Source: Fibrobacteria bacterium (lineage in GTDB: Bacteria > Fibrobacterota > Fibrobacteria > UBA11236). From it: a stretch of 60,384 nt of DNA. A model generated the notes under the pieces. The model did no database searches. It worked only from the letters and a program-made list of their open reading frames with translations, and was not told where the DNA came from. Positions 18,316-28,506 of the stretch are shown here, in pieces. The DNA lies in contig JAYTSD010000021.1 of NCBI GenBank assembly GCA_043745805.1, positions 1-60,384 on the forward strand. The letters are read 5' to 3'. Both the position numbers and the translations under genes were made by a program. Numbering within the stretch: position 1 is the stretch's first letter; every line of letters starts with the position of its first letter.

Positions 18316-18891
18316 TCAATTACTTGACAGGTCTTGATAACAAGGCCTGAATTTTACCTGCTCCAATAAGTTTTTTAAAGCGTCTTGGCCTTCTAGGATT
18401 TTAAGCTCCTGCAATTCAAGAACCATGTCTGCTATTGGAGTTTGCGAAGTCGTGGCCGCCCAAATACCACAGCCTCCTTCTGCAAGGCTTTTTAAGCCAT
18501 CTAAGCCTTCACGGAAAAATCCGGATAGCACGATGGCGCAACAAGAAATGTCAGTTTTTGCTGCGCTCTTAAGCAGCGTATTGGCATCCAATACTCCAAG
18601 GGTACTATCGCGAATAAGTCGCAGAGGAGAATGCTCCAAACGATAATGATGGTCACGTGATAAAAAGTATGCATAACCCGATTTTAATTCCGAAGTTTTT
18701 AAAACTTTGTTGATTTTTCGCCCCGACTCTTCTCGCACCGCATCAACAAAAATGTCCAGTATATCATCGCCAACTCTATCTTGAATTACAATGAAAGCCG
18801 TTTCTTCGCGGCAATTACCCGACAATAACGGCGCAAGCATTTTGGTGCCGCCAGCCGAGGATAAAATAAAACACAGCTTTATGTTACTCAT
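18316..18891 (-). CDS. Stand-alone degenerate CheB methylesterase-like domain
   Basis: SSAGG, IVIQD, AIVLSG..EG.DGL..L...G, P..DM follow the CheB pattern. Confidence 0.7.
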   Translation of the reverse strand: MSNIKLCFILSSAGGTKMLAPLLSGNCREETAFIVIQDRVGDDILDIFVDAVREESGRKINKVLKTSELKSGYAYFLSRDHHYRLEHSPLRLIRDSTLGVLDANTLLKSAAKTDISCCAIVLSGFFREGLDGLKSLAEGGCGIWAATTSQTPIADMVLELQELKILEGQDALKNLLEQVKFRPCYQDLSSN

Positions 18892-20498
18892 TATTTAACA
18901 CTCGCAAAAAAGTCATTGCCTTTATCATCGCAAACTATAAAGGCTGGAAAATTTTTCACGGTGATTTTTCGAATGGCTTCCATGCCTAAATCTTCGAAAT
19001 CCACTAATTCTACTTTTAAAATATTGTCCTGCGCTAAAATGGCAGCAGGGCCACCAATGGAACCTAAATAAAATCCCCCGTATTTTTTACAAGCATCCTT
19101 TACGGTTGCAGAACGATTGCCTTTCGCAAGCATAATAAGCGATCCACCCTGTGCCTGAAAGTTTTCCACATAAACATCCATGCGGCCCGCCGTCGTAGGA
19201 CCAAAACTGCCGGAAGCCATACCCTCTGGGGTTTTTGCGGGACCAGCATAATAAATGGGATGCTGTTTAAAATATTCAGGCATAGCTTGTCCATCATCCA
19301 GCATTTTTTGAATGCGTGCATGTGCGACATCTCTCGCCACAATAAGCGTACCCGAAAGGGAAAGTCGGGTTTTAATAGGGTAACGTGAAAGTTCCTGCAA
19401 AATTTCCGTCATAGGTCGATTTAAATCAATTTCCACTGATGGCGAAGTATCTTCACTAATACCTGCTAAAAATTTTTCCGGCTGCATTTCGAGTTGCTCT
19501 AAAAATATTCCATCACGCGTAATTTTTCCTTTAATATTACGATCGGCACTGCAACTTACCCCAATCCCAACTGGACAGGAGGCTGCATGACGAGCTAGGC
19601 GAATAACTCGGACATCGTGAACAAAATACTTGCCACCAAATTGGGCGCCAATTTTACTTTCATAGCCAAGTTCCGTAACAGTTTTTTCCCAAGCTAAATC
19701 GCGAAAGGCTTGACCTAATTCATTACCTTGCGTAGGCAAATCATCATAGTAACCTGCAGAGGCCAGCTTCACGGCCTTTAAATTAGCTTCGGCGCTGGTC
19801 CCACCAATAACCAAGGCTAAATGATAAGGAGGGCAAGCTGAGGTTCCTAAGGAAAATAATCTTTCCTTTACAAATTTTATCAAACTCTTTTCATTTAGTA
19901 AGGATTTGGTTTCTTGATAGAGAAAACTTTTATTTGCCGAACCGCCACCTTTAGCCAAAAACAAAAAGCGATATTCTTCGCCTTCATCTGCATAAATTTC
20001 AATTTGTGCTGGAAGATTAGTCCCAGTATTTTTTTCTTCGAACATGCTAAGTGCAGCCAGTTGCGAGTAGCGTAAGTTTTCTTGTTGATAGGTTTGAAAA
20101 ATTCCTTGCGCTAAAGCTTTTTCATCTTTGATACCCGTCCAAATACTTTGTCCTTTTTTTCCCATGACAATGGCGGTGCCCGTATCTTGGCAAGAAGGCA
20201 ATTGCTTTTTTGCGGCAATCACAGCATTTTTAAGTAATGTTAAGGCTACAAAACGATCATTATCCGAAGCTTCAGGATCCTCAAGAATTAGACGTAACTT
20301 GACTAAATGCGAAGCTCGTAAATAAAAATTAACATCGCTCATGGCCTGTTGCGCTAAAAAAGTAAGTCCCGCCGCATCCACTTTTATGATTTCTCGGTCG
20401 CCCCATTTTTCTAGGGTAACATAATCAGCCGTGAGCTGACGATATTGGGTTTTTTCTTCCCCCAATAAAAAGGGGTTTTGATATTTAAATTCCAGCAT
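18891..20498 (-). CDS. Fumarate hydratase class I (Fe-S)
   Basis: [34 protein letters not shown]. Confidence 0.96.
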   Translation of the reverse strand: MLEFKYQNPFLLGEEKTQYRQLTADYVTLEKWGDREIIKVDAAGLTFLAQQAMSDVNFYLRASHLVKLRLILEDPEASDNDRFVALTLLKNAVIAAKKQLPSCQDTGTAIVMGKKGQSIWTGIKDEKALAQGIFQTYQQENLRYSQLAALSMFEEKNTGTNLPAQIEIYADEGEEYRFLFLAKGGGSANKSFLYQETKSLLNEKSLIKFVKERLFSLGTSACPPYHLALVIGGTSAEANLKAVKLASAGYYDDLPTQGNELGQAFRDLAWEKTVTELGYESKIGAQFGGKYFVHDVRVIRLARHAASCPVGIGVSCSADRNIKGKITRDGIFLEQLEMQPEKFLAGISEDTSPSVEIDLNRPMTEILQELSRYPIKTRLSLSGTLIVARDVAHARIQKMLDDGQAMPEYFKQHPIYYAGPAKTPEGMASGSFGPTTAGRMDVYVENFQAQGGSLIMLAKGNRSATVKDACKKYGGFYLGSIGGPAAILAQDNILKVELVDFEDLGMEAIRKITVKNFPAFIVCDDKGNDFFASVK

Positions 20499-20579
20499 AA
20501 TGCCCTCTTAATATCTGTTTAAAAGTAACTAAAAAGAGTTTCGCTTATGGAGAACAATATGCAGAGTAAAAGAGAGGGG

Positions 20580-21479
20580 CTATTTAATGAAAGTAAAAGG
20601 CATATTTACGGTGTCAATTTCCGTATTATTTATGGGAATAAATTTTACGCCCAAACAAACGGTCTGAATCTCATTCATTAAACTTGAATCCTTGATATTT
20701 CCCCCCACCACTCTCCATGACTGAACAATTCCAGAAGGAAGCACCGTGATTTGAAAAAGAGATTGGCCTTCAAAAACCTTTTTCCCAAAATACTTGGTAT
20801 AAATTGATTTTAGTTTCGACTTAATATCGTCCACCACCACCGCGATATCATTTTGTGAGCGTGCACTGGGTATGGTTTTGGTTTTTTTTAAAGAAAAAAT
20901 ATCATTCAAAAATTGTTCGGAATTATTTCCTGCCCATATATAATCATGGGTTTCAGCCGCTTTTTTGTTTTTCAAAAAATCCACGGTATATTCTCGTGGA
21001 TAAAAACTAAAGTGATCTAATTTAACCGCATCACAAATTATCGCATTACCCCAATGATTGGTTTTAGCTTTTATTAAAAAGCGCAAGAAATTTTCTTTTT
21101 CCGTTTGTGTTGACAAAATAATACGTGGCTGATTTTTTGTATTTCCGAATTTAGATCCGAGCTGCAATAGCGTATCCAGCCATCCCGAATCAGTATAAAC
21201 AATTTTTTTAGTCCATCCGCCGGGCTTCCCTATAGCCACCCATGATTTGGTAAAGGCCAAATAATTTTTATCCAAATCCGAAGTTTTTTGTTCTGAATAA
21301 TTTTGAATAATCAATGCGGATTCTTGCAGAACTATTTTAATTTTTTTTTCCTGAAAGGAATTTTTTCTTAACGAATCGAGGAGTGTAGTAGCATCAAATG
21401 TAAAGTTATTTTGTGGTCCACCATAAATATTCCACACGAAAAACAAAAAACCAAGGCGGCAAAAAGCTGCGAATCTCAT
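20580..21479 (-). CDS. Exported protein with TonB C-terminal-like (AgmX/PglI-type) domain
   Basis: Signal peptide. C-terminal LKSIY.KY....EG...F.ITV.PSG.V...PF.F. Confidence 0.6.
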   Translation of the reverse strand: MRFAAFCRLGFLFFVWNIYGGPQNNFTFDATTLLDSLRKNSFQEKKIKIVLQESALIIQNYSEQKTSDLDKNYLAFTKSWVAIGKPGGWTKKIVYTDSGWLDTLLQLGSKFGNTKNQPRIILSTQTEKENFLRFLIKAKTNHWGNAIICDAVKLDHFSFYPREYTVDFLKNKKAAETHDYIWAGNNSEQFLNDIFSLKKTKTIPSARSQNDIAVVVDDIKSKLKSIYTKYFGKKVFEGQSLFQITVLPSGIVQSWRVVGGNIKDSSLMNEIQTVCLGVKFIPINNTEIDTVNMPFTFIK

Positions 21480-21582
21480 ATTTGGATATTAGACCAATTT
21501 TGATTTTTCGAGTTCATGCTTATAGTTTAGATTATCCGGTTGTAAAAATGCAAGCGCTCGGTTAATAAATGACGTTTTTGGC

Positions 21583-22197
21583 TTAATTTCGAGGTCCTTT
21601 AGTTTGCAAAACTTTATACACTTTATTTTTTACATAAATCACTTTTTCGGCGCCGGTTATTTTATCATAAATCCTAAAACCATGGTTTTTTAAGATAATA
21701 ATCGCATTTTTTCCGTTGCCAATGGACTTCGCCTCCTCAATAATTTTTGTGCCCGCAGCTACTTTTTGTATCCCATACTCCATCTTTTCAAGCCGTTCTT
21801 GTGTTTCGCCACATTGAGTAGGTAAGGAATCTAAAATTTGCTGTATAACCCCTTTGGGTGTAATCGTTAAAACTGCATAGGAAGAATGCATGCAAAATCC
21901 ACTATCTTCGAGGGCATAAAAGTCATTGAAGAGAAAAGCAAAATCGGGATTTTTGTCGCCATCAAAATCTTCCGGTAACAAAGAAGAAACTCCAAATTCG
22001 TCCGCATCATCTGGAGAATAACTTCCTAAGCCTTGGAAATAATAATTTGGAAAATGATCGTTGAGGTATTTGTTTAATACTTCATTGGACGGTTTTGGAG
22101 AAATGGAATCCGTGATATTAGGAGAATTCGTTACCTGCGAAAAGCTATAGCTTACCAAGCCCATCACCAACATTATCCACAGATAAATACTACTCAT
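21583..22197 (-). CDS. Exported hypothetical protein
   Basis: Signal peptide (SFSQ) and DFDGDKNPD Ca-binding-type loop. Confidence 0.7.
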   Translation of the reverse strand: MSSIYLWIMLVMGLVSYSFSQVTNSPNITDSISPKPSNEVLNKYLNDHFPNYYFQGLGSYSPDDADEFGVSSLLPEDFDGDKNPDFAFLFNDFYALEDSGFCMHSSYAVLTITPKGVIQQILDSLPTQCGETQERLEKMEYGIQKVAAGTKIIEEAKSIGNGKNAIIILKNHGFRIYDKITGAEKVIYVKNKVYKVLQTKGPRN

Positions 22198-22766
22198 ACT
22201 AATGGTGCTCCGATTAAAGAACCTTTAGACACCCCACCGGAAATAATAAATGTCATTACTTTAGCACTATCTTGGGCGGGTAAAGGAGTAATTCTATCGC
22301 GAGGTACCAAAATTAAATTGGCGGAATAATTATAGGATTGTGGGAGATAAACCGAGACATAATTTTCTGTGCCTGGAAAATCCAAACTCTCTTGCGTTAC
22401 AAAACCCAATATCTTAATGCCCCCTTCGGGAATAAGGGTAACCACTACTGGACGATTAAAACTTTTCTTTTCCCCCACAAAGGCATTAATCAAATCTTTA
22501 ATAGAGAAATAAAGAATCTTCACCAAAGGCAATCGTGTTAGCGCCCTTTCCATATACTCCATAAATTTTTTGAAGAAAATGTTGGAGGCTAAAAAACCCA
22601 CTATAGAAACAAAGAGTATGGTGATCACAAAACCTAAACCTGGCCAACGCAAATGGAGCAGTCCATCAATTTTGATGAAAATAAAATACAAGACATAAGT
22701 GGTAACCATTAGTGGCACCAACACCAATAATCCTTTAAGAAAGTTTGTCAAAAATTTTTGCATCAT
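22194..22766 (-). CDS. DUF502 family membrane protein
   Basis: FL.GLLVLVP, LPLVK.LY.SIKD, GFVT, VYLP.SY, IISGG. Confidence 0.9.
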   Translation of the reverse strand: MMQKFLTNFLKGLLVLVPLMVTTYVLYFIFIKIDGLLHLRWPGLGFVITILFVSIVGFLASNIFFKKFMEYMERALTRLPLVKILYFSIKDLINAFVGEKKSFNRPVVVTLIPEGGIKILGFVTQESLDFPGTENYVSVYLPQSYNYSANLILVPRDRITPLPAQDSAKVMTFIISGGVSKGSLIGAPLV

Positions 22767-23440
22767 AAAACCGAAACGCCTTTATCATCACCCACAAGTA
22801 TAGTGGATTTATCCGTAAAAGCAGTGAACAAACCGTGTCCTACCACACCCGGAATACGCATAATAGGCGTATCTAAATCGACCCAATTAACGGTGGCTGG
22901 AAAAACTGTATCCAAAATAAAATTCCCTTGATCGGTAACCACGGGGCCATCTTTTCCGGCGGCTTCCCGTAACGTACAGATTCCACCTAAATCTTGTAAA
23001 CCCTTTTGTACAATACGCCATGCCATTGTTAAAGCTTCAACCGGCAATGGAAAGGCTGTTCCCAAGCGCGAAACTATTTTTCCGGAATCCACAATCACCA
23101 AAAATTGTTGTGCCGCATAAGCCAATAGTTTTTCTCTCACCATCGCGCCACCGCGCCCTTTTAAAAGATTTTTACCGGAATCCACCTCATCGGCACCATC
23201 GGCATAAAGATCAATTTCTGAAATTTGATCCAAGCTCAATAACGGAATGCCAAATTGCTGCGCTAAAATAGTAGAGGAAAAAGAACTTGAAACAGCAGAA
23301 AAAACTAAATCTTCTTGCGCCCGTCGCGCCGCTAAAGCTTGAATAAAAAAAGTGGATGTTGATCCTGTTCCCAAACCAACAATCATATCTGTTTGCACAT
23401 ACTGGGCAGCGGCAAAGCCTACTCGTTCTTTTGCATTCAC
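22763..23440 (-). CDS. rpiA: Ribose-5-phosphate isomerase A
   Basis: GLGTGST, DGADEVD, KGRGGA..REK, GVV.HGLF. GTG start. Confidence 0.96.
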   Translation of the reverse strand: MNAKERVGFAAAQYVQTDMIVGLGTGSTSTFFIQALAARRAQEDLVFSAVSSSFSSTILAQQFGIPLLSLDQISEIDLYADGADEVDSGKNLLKGRGGAMVREKLLAYAAQQFLVIVDSGKIVSRLGTAFPLPVEALTMAWRIVQKGLQDLGGICTLREAAGKDGPVVTDQGNFILDTVFPATVNWVDLDTPIMRIPGVVGHGLFTAFTDKSTILVGDDKGVSVL

Positions 23441-23558
23441 TCTTTGGATTATCCTTAATTAAGTCTGAGTTTAATTTGATTAAATTTAGTAAAGGAGGTT
23501 AGGAAATGCCTTTTTACAGAAAAAGCACTTGCTTTTTTAAAGCGAGAGCTTAGATTTA

Positions 23559-23640
23559 GGATCTCTCGAGTGGTGTCCGTTGCGCGGGTAATACGGCCCA
23601 TTCAATTATGACTAGGGAGATTTTGTCTCCCTAGTCCCCC
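23559..23640 (+). ncRNA. Candidate small structured RNA or leader (unassigned)
   Basis: GC-rich island with two hairpins, preceded by TTGCTT-16nt-TAGATT. No family recognised. Confidence 0.3.
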
Positions 23641-23724
23641 AATTAATCGCAATGTCATAAACAAATTTAAAAGAGCATAGCTTACTTCTGTGGTGTTATA
23701 TTTTCGCCATTAGGAGATTGTCCA

Positions 23725-24516
23725 TTGCCCCATTTTTTAGCTTGTATTTTTTTATTGATTCTATGCACACGCAGCTTCGGATTTGGGCAAATAGGCCATG
23801 AAGTTATTGCCAATATCGCGCAAGAACATCTTTCTCTCAAAGCGAAAAAGTCATTGGTCCTATTATTCGGTTCTGATTTTGATCTTTCAAAAATTTCCAA
23901 TTGGGCCGATGAAATTAAATCTGTACAGCCCGAATCCAAAAGCTCACATTATATCAATTTGGAAATAAATACCGGCAAAACTTTTTCGCAACAACTTGCA
24001 AAATGTGAAACGCCCAATATTTATACCGCTAGTATAAATGCCCTCCAAATGCTTAAAAACAAAAATGCCTCTTCGGAAGAAAAAGCCGAAGCCATTAAAT
24101 GGCTTATTCATCTCTTAGGAGATATGCATCAACCTTTACATATAGGTGAAAACCATGATCATGGTGGAAATGAGTTTTTAATCAAATGGAAAAGGCATAA
24201 ATATAATTTGCACGAAGTTTGGGACTATGTGCTCATTGAGCAAGGGCATAGAACATCTGCGGCTTTAGCGCTATTATTGAATCACGAAATAACACAAGAT
24301 AAAGCCTTTGCTAAACAAATGGAACAAGGTGATATTAAAGAGTGGATGCAAGAGTCTTTTGCTAAAGCTCGTGCCTGTTATCAGTTTAAAGGGAACTTCC
24401 TGAAGAGGAACCAAGAATTACCTTTAGGATATGTGCTTGATAATGAAAAAGTTGTTCGAACGCAACTTAAAATTGCGGGCATGCGTTTGGCGAGTTTATT
24501 GAACGGGATATTATAA
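23725..24516 (+). CDS. S1/P1 nuclease
   Basis: Signal peptide then FG..GH, WADEIK, HYIN, H..GDMHQPLH, GGN, NLHEVWD. Confidence 0.93.
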   Translation: MPHFLACIFLLILCTRSFGFGQIGHEVIANIAQEHLSLKAKKSLVLLFGSDFDLSKISNWADEIKSVQPESKSSHYINLEINTGKTFSQQLAKCETPNIYTASINALQMLKNKNASSEEKAEAIKWLIHLLGDMHQPLHIGENHDHGGNEFLIKWKRHKYNLHEVWDYVLIEQGHRTSAALALLLNHEITQDKAFAKQMEQGDIKEWMQESFAKARACYQFKGNFLKRNQELPLGYVLDNEKVVRTQLKIAGMRLASLLNGIL

Positions 24517-24557
24517 GCAGTTATAATCTAGCCTTCGGGCTAGATTATAACTGCTTA
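24514..24557. terminator. 20-bp perfect inverted repeat with C(UUCG)G loop between convergent genes
   Basis: TAAGCAGTTATAATCTAGCC-TTCG-GGCTAGATTATAACTGCTTA. Confidence 0.7.
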
Positions 24558-24562
24558 ATGTT

Positions 24563-26611
24563 TTACTGGATAAAAGTAAAGAAGCCTTTAATGTTTTCGC
24601 CACTGGACAGTTTGATTCTATAGTTATAAACTCCGACAGGTAATTCATTACATACCCATGTTATAGTTGTGCCTTCTGCAATCTGACTTTTCGCAAAAAC
24701 CAATTCTCCTTTTGAATTAAAAGCTTGTAAAGTAACCTTTTCGTTACGGCTCAAAAACAACTGTATCTGTCTACCCTTAATTTGAAGCTGTACGAAACTT
24801 TGGTTTAAGTTCTTGGGTGAAATGGATTGAGCACTTATAGGCTTTAGGGCTTGGGAAGTGAAATTACCCTGAATTTTGCCTTCATTCAAATACGCTGATT
24901 TAATTTTCAAGGCGGAAGCGTTCCCGTTTTGATGAACTCTGACTATCCACAAATAAGTATCTGCCTGATCAACCGCATCATCAGTCGCCAGAGAAATTTT
25001 TAGTGAATCACTTTCAACTTTTCTCTCAATTTTACAGACGCCCAAACCAGAATAGACTGAATCTACAGAAATTAAATTAGTCGCTAGTTGCACTGAAAAT
25101 TCACCAGCTTTTAATCCTTGAATATTAGATCCCTTCAAGTGGTACTCATAAACACCACTTCCCAAACTAATGGGATCTTCTATGCTTAGTGCCCCAAGAA
25201 TGGCACTCTTTTTAGTTAGACCTTTTGCATTCGGATTTAATATTGGCAATAATCCAGCACAATGCTGCATGATTAATGAAGCATCATAACTTGTTACCTG
25301 ACCGTCCCCGCTCACATCTTCAATATCACGATTTGAAATGGACTTTAAAGTGTCAAGTCCAACCACCTGCTTAAATATTTTTTTTGCGTCTTCAAGATCC
25401 ACTAAACCATTGCCATCTACATCACCCAATATTTTTTGAGGCTTTCCGATTTGTATGTATCCTTGAGTTTTTGAAAACGAAATTTCAGGTCTTTCATCCA
25501 TCCTAATGCTGTCGAGAATTAAATCAGAAAAATCACCTGCCGAGGCATTCGTTTTGATTTGAAATTTACAACGAAGCAATTCCCCTTCACCATACTGTAT
25601 AGGTTTAATCAAACCACCCAAAGAAATTTTAGTGCAATTACTCGAAACTTTATTCCATTGCGAGGACCAACTGGAGCCAAAGCCACTATCACTTTCTGTG
25701 GAAATAAAACTCACTTTGTTAGAGTCAAACATCAAAGAAAACTGACAGGCCGCTAATGAAAGGTTTCCAAAATTGGTCAAATAAATCGGCACTATAATGG
25801 TATCACCTGGCTTCCCATAGTGAGTTTTCATCCCTAAATTAATTTTAGACAAAAGCCCCGAACCCAATGTAGGCCGATTGGTTTTTTCTGCTACCCAAAC
25901 AGCAGAATCATTATCTCTATAATTATGACTCACACCTCTAATCAATTTATTGCCAGTTGAGTCAAACCAAGCCCAATACACTCCAATTAAGCCACCGCCA
26001 TAATCCACAGAAAAGTTTATACTGTCTCCAATAACTACTCCTTTTAAAGTGCCGGGAGAATGATTACCCCAATCAGCTTGTCCACTTATTTTATCACCTA
26101 TTTGATTGATATAGAGATCACCATAATACAATTGTCCATTCGCATTGGTTTGATGTACATCCCAAAAACCATCGACAACACATTTTTTTGCAACAACCAC
26201 TTTTTCAGCTGTCCAAATTCCAGAGTCGGAAACTAAAATATTATGGGTTTTACCATTAACCATTTTTAATTTTGAGGAGTTCAAAATGGCGATGTATTCC
26301 CCTTTTAAATTTGGGCTAAAAGTGGCTAAAAACTTAATGCTATCTCCTACTAGCTCGCCTTCAATGGAAGATTTTGTATGATTATCCCATTCGGCGATTC
26401 CAGTGATCGAATATCCTGTTTGCTTTATAGTTAAATCCCCATAGTAATTGGTACCATCCTTATTTATTTGATGAACTTTCCAAAGTCCATCAATTGGGGT
26501 TACAGAGAATGCGAATTTAGGTATTACGACCACCAGGAGAAAAAGAAACAACCAAATGCTTCTGTTAAAAAAAATATTTTCGACTTTTGATACTTCTTCA
26601 GAATTGACCAT
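24563..26611 (-). CDS. Secreted protein: two tandem beta repeats, cohesin, dockerin, T9SS-type CTD
   Basis: Repeats DGLWKVHQ/DGFWDVHQ. Cohesin-like GKPGDTIIVPIYL..FSLMFD. Dockerin GDVDGNG.VD..DA and DVSGDG.V...DA. Tail FNSKGELV..LPVGVYNYRI. Confidence 0.82.
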   Translation of the reverse strand: MVNSEEVSKVENIFFNRSIWLFLFLLVVVIPKFAFSVTPIDGLWKVHQINKDGTNYYGDLTIKQTGYSITGIAEWDNHTKSSIEGELVGDSIKFLATFSPNLKGEYIAILNSSKLKMVNGKTHNILVSDSGIWTAEKVVVAKKCVVDGFWDVHQTNANGQLYYGDLYINQIGDKISGQADWGNHSPGTLKGVVIGDSINFSVDYGGGLIGVYWAWFDSTGNKLIRGVSHNYRDNDSAVWVAEKTNRPTLGSGLLSKINLGMKTHYGKPGDTIIVPIYLTNFGNLSLAACQFSLMFDSNKVSFISTESDSGFGSSWSSQWNKVSSNCTKISLGGLIKPIQYGEGELLRCKFQIKTNASAGDFSDLILDSIRMDERPEISFSKTQGYIQIGKPQKILGDVDGNGLVDLEDAKKIFKQVVGLDTLKSISNRDIEDVSGDGQVTSYDASLIMQHCAGLLPILNPNAKGLTKKSAILGALSIEDPISLGSGVYEYHLKGSNIQGLKAGEFSVQLATNLISVDSVYSGLGVCKIERKVESDSLKISLATDDAVDQADTYLWIVRVHQNGNASALKIKSAYLNEGKIQGNFTSQALKPISAQSISPKNLNQSFVQLQIKGRQIQLFLSRNEKVTLQAFNSKGELVFAKSQIAEGTTITWVCNELPVGVYNYRIKLSSGENIKGFFTFIQ

Positions 26612-26743
26612 AGACTTCTCCAAGGGTATTTAACAAGCTAGCAGCCATAAATGTTAATTCTTGAACTCCATAAAAGCAACCCTTTAGATGGGTGAATAAA
26701 GGAAAATTCCCTGTATCCTCTTTAAATTTTACCTTTATAAGCC

Positions 26744-27805
26744 ATGAATCTTACTTTAACAACTCAATTAATACTTATAACCCCTTACCCATTAAAATCG
26801 GGAATTGTCGGTGTGCATATTCGGGATTATATCGAGGAATACCGTAAATTAGGATATACGGTAAAAACTGAAAAAATGTATTTCTGGGAAAGTAAACTCT
26901 TCTATAGCTTCAAATGGCTGTATCTTCTACGTTACCTTATAAGTCGCAAGAATATTTTTGTTTTACATCAACATACGCCTACCGCTTCGGGTCCAGGAAT
27001 TATTTTCTTTTTAGCCTTACTTCGCATACTTGGTCGCAAACCCATTGTAGTAGCGCATGAAACCCCAGATACTTATGCAAAATATCTTTCACCTTTTTTC
27101 AAAAAACTGTATTTCACCTATGAAAAATGGATAGTAGATTTAAGTTTTTTTTATGTGATTCATACCGGTTTACATTTTCACGAAATGCAAAAAATTGCCC
27201 CTACTAAAAAATTGCAGATAATTCCTCTGCCAGTTCCCCAAGTGCGCCGCCTAATTGCCGAGAAAAAGTTTTGGGGTATTTATGGAATGGTCAGCCATAA
27301 AAAGGGTGTTGATATACTCCTAGATGCCTATCAAAGCTTACCTGCAGGCAGTCTTCCTGATTTAAAAATTATGGGTGCATGTGCGCCGGGTGATGAAAAG
27401 TATTTGCAGAGTATTAAAAACAAAGTCGCTCTTGAGTATCAAGCTTTTATTCATTTTTCCGGCTATGTGGCGGATGAAGATAAACCCTCCTTATTTGCCG
27501 ATGTGGCTTTAATGATTTTTCCTTATCGTTGGATTTCACAAAGCGGCGTACTGAATGAAACCTGCATGTATCGCATTCCCTATTTGGCTTCCGATGTTCC
27601 TTTCTTTCAGGATTTCCAAAAAACTTATGGCGGAGGTTGTTTATTTCCCAGCGAAAATATTGCGGCTTTAAAAGTTATTTTGGCCGAACTTGCAAAACAT
27701 CCTTTAGAAATTTCCGAAGAAACTTTTGCGCATATGGAAAAGCTTTTTTCACTTTCGGCTTGTTCAGCACAATTTCATACTCTTTTTGAAGCCTGTAAAA
27801 TTTGA
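26744..27805 (+). CDS. Glycosyltransferase family 4
   Basis: HKKGVD.LL.AY, FPY..ISQSGVL, P.LASDV. Confidence 0.88.
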   Translation: MNLTLTTQLILITPYPLKSGIVGVHIRDYIEEYRKLGYTVKTEKMYFWESKLFYSFKWLYLLRYLISRKNIFVLHQHTPTASGPGIIFFLALLRILGRKPIVVAHETPDTYAKYLSPFFKKLYFTYEKWIVDLSFFYVIHTGLHFHEMQKIAPTKKLQIIPLPVPQVRRLIAEKKFWGIYGMVSHKKGVDILLDAYQSLPAGSLPDLKIMGACAPGDEKYLQSIKNKVALEYQAFIHFSGYVADEDKPSLFADVALMIFPYRWISQSGVLNETCMYRIPYLASDVPFFQDFQKTYGGGCLFPSENIAALKVILAELAKHPLEISEETFAHMEKLFSLSACSAQFHTLFEACKI

Positions 27806-27887
27806 GTAGGAAAAATCTGCGCAAGAAAATCGTTTCTTATTAGTTTAATGCATATGGGCCTGCATACTTAAGTGCAAAAGGAGAATT

Positions 27888-28481
27888 ATGGAATTTGTAG
27901 CGAGTAAAATTGAAGAGAATGTGAAGGTCATGCAAGCCTTAGCGAGCAACTCTATTATCCATCAACAAATAGCTACTCTCACAGATACCATTATAAACAT
28001 GTATCGCCAGCATAATGGTGTAGTCTATTTTATGGGTAATGGGGGAAGCGCTGCCGATGCGCAACATCTCGCAGCCGAATTAGTCAGTCGTTTTTATCTG
28101 GAAAGGCCCGGATTAGCCGCCCAAGCTCTGCATACCAATACTTCAGTAATCACAGCCGTTGGCAATGATTATAGTTATGAAAAAATCTATGAAAAACAAA
28201 TTGAAGCGTTTGTTCGTCCCCATGATGTAGTGATTGGTTTATCCACCAGCGGCAATTCTAAAAATGTGGTTTTAGCGATTGAATTGGCCAAACAAAAAGG
28301 TGCCTTTACGGTTGGATTTACTGGATCCAAAGGTGGCAAGCTAAAAGAAGTATGCGACTTATGCATTTGTGTGCCTTCGGATGATACGCCTCGCATTCAA
28401 GAAGGACATATTCTCTTAGGTCATATTTTTTGCGAAATGGTGGAAGCGCGCATGGTGGCTTTAAGTAAGGCTAGCGCTTAA
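27888..28481 (+). CDS. gmhA: D-sedoheptulose 7-phosphate isomerase
   Basis: GNGGSAADAQH, NDY, STSGNS, RIQE.H. Confidence 0.96.
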   Translation: MEFVASKIEENVKVMQALASNSIIHQQIATLTDTIINMYRQHNGVVYFMGNGGSAADAQHLAAELVSRFYLERPGLAAQALHTNTSVITAVGNDYSYEKIYEKQIEAFVRPHDVVIGLSTSGNSKNVVLAIELAKQKGAFTVGFTGSKGGKLKEVCDLCICVPSDDTPRIQEGHILLGHIFCEMVEARMVALSKASA

Positions 28482-28506
28482 TCACATAGTAATAGATAAG
28501 CTGAAG

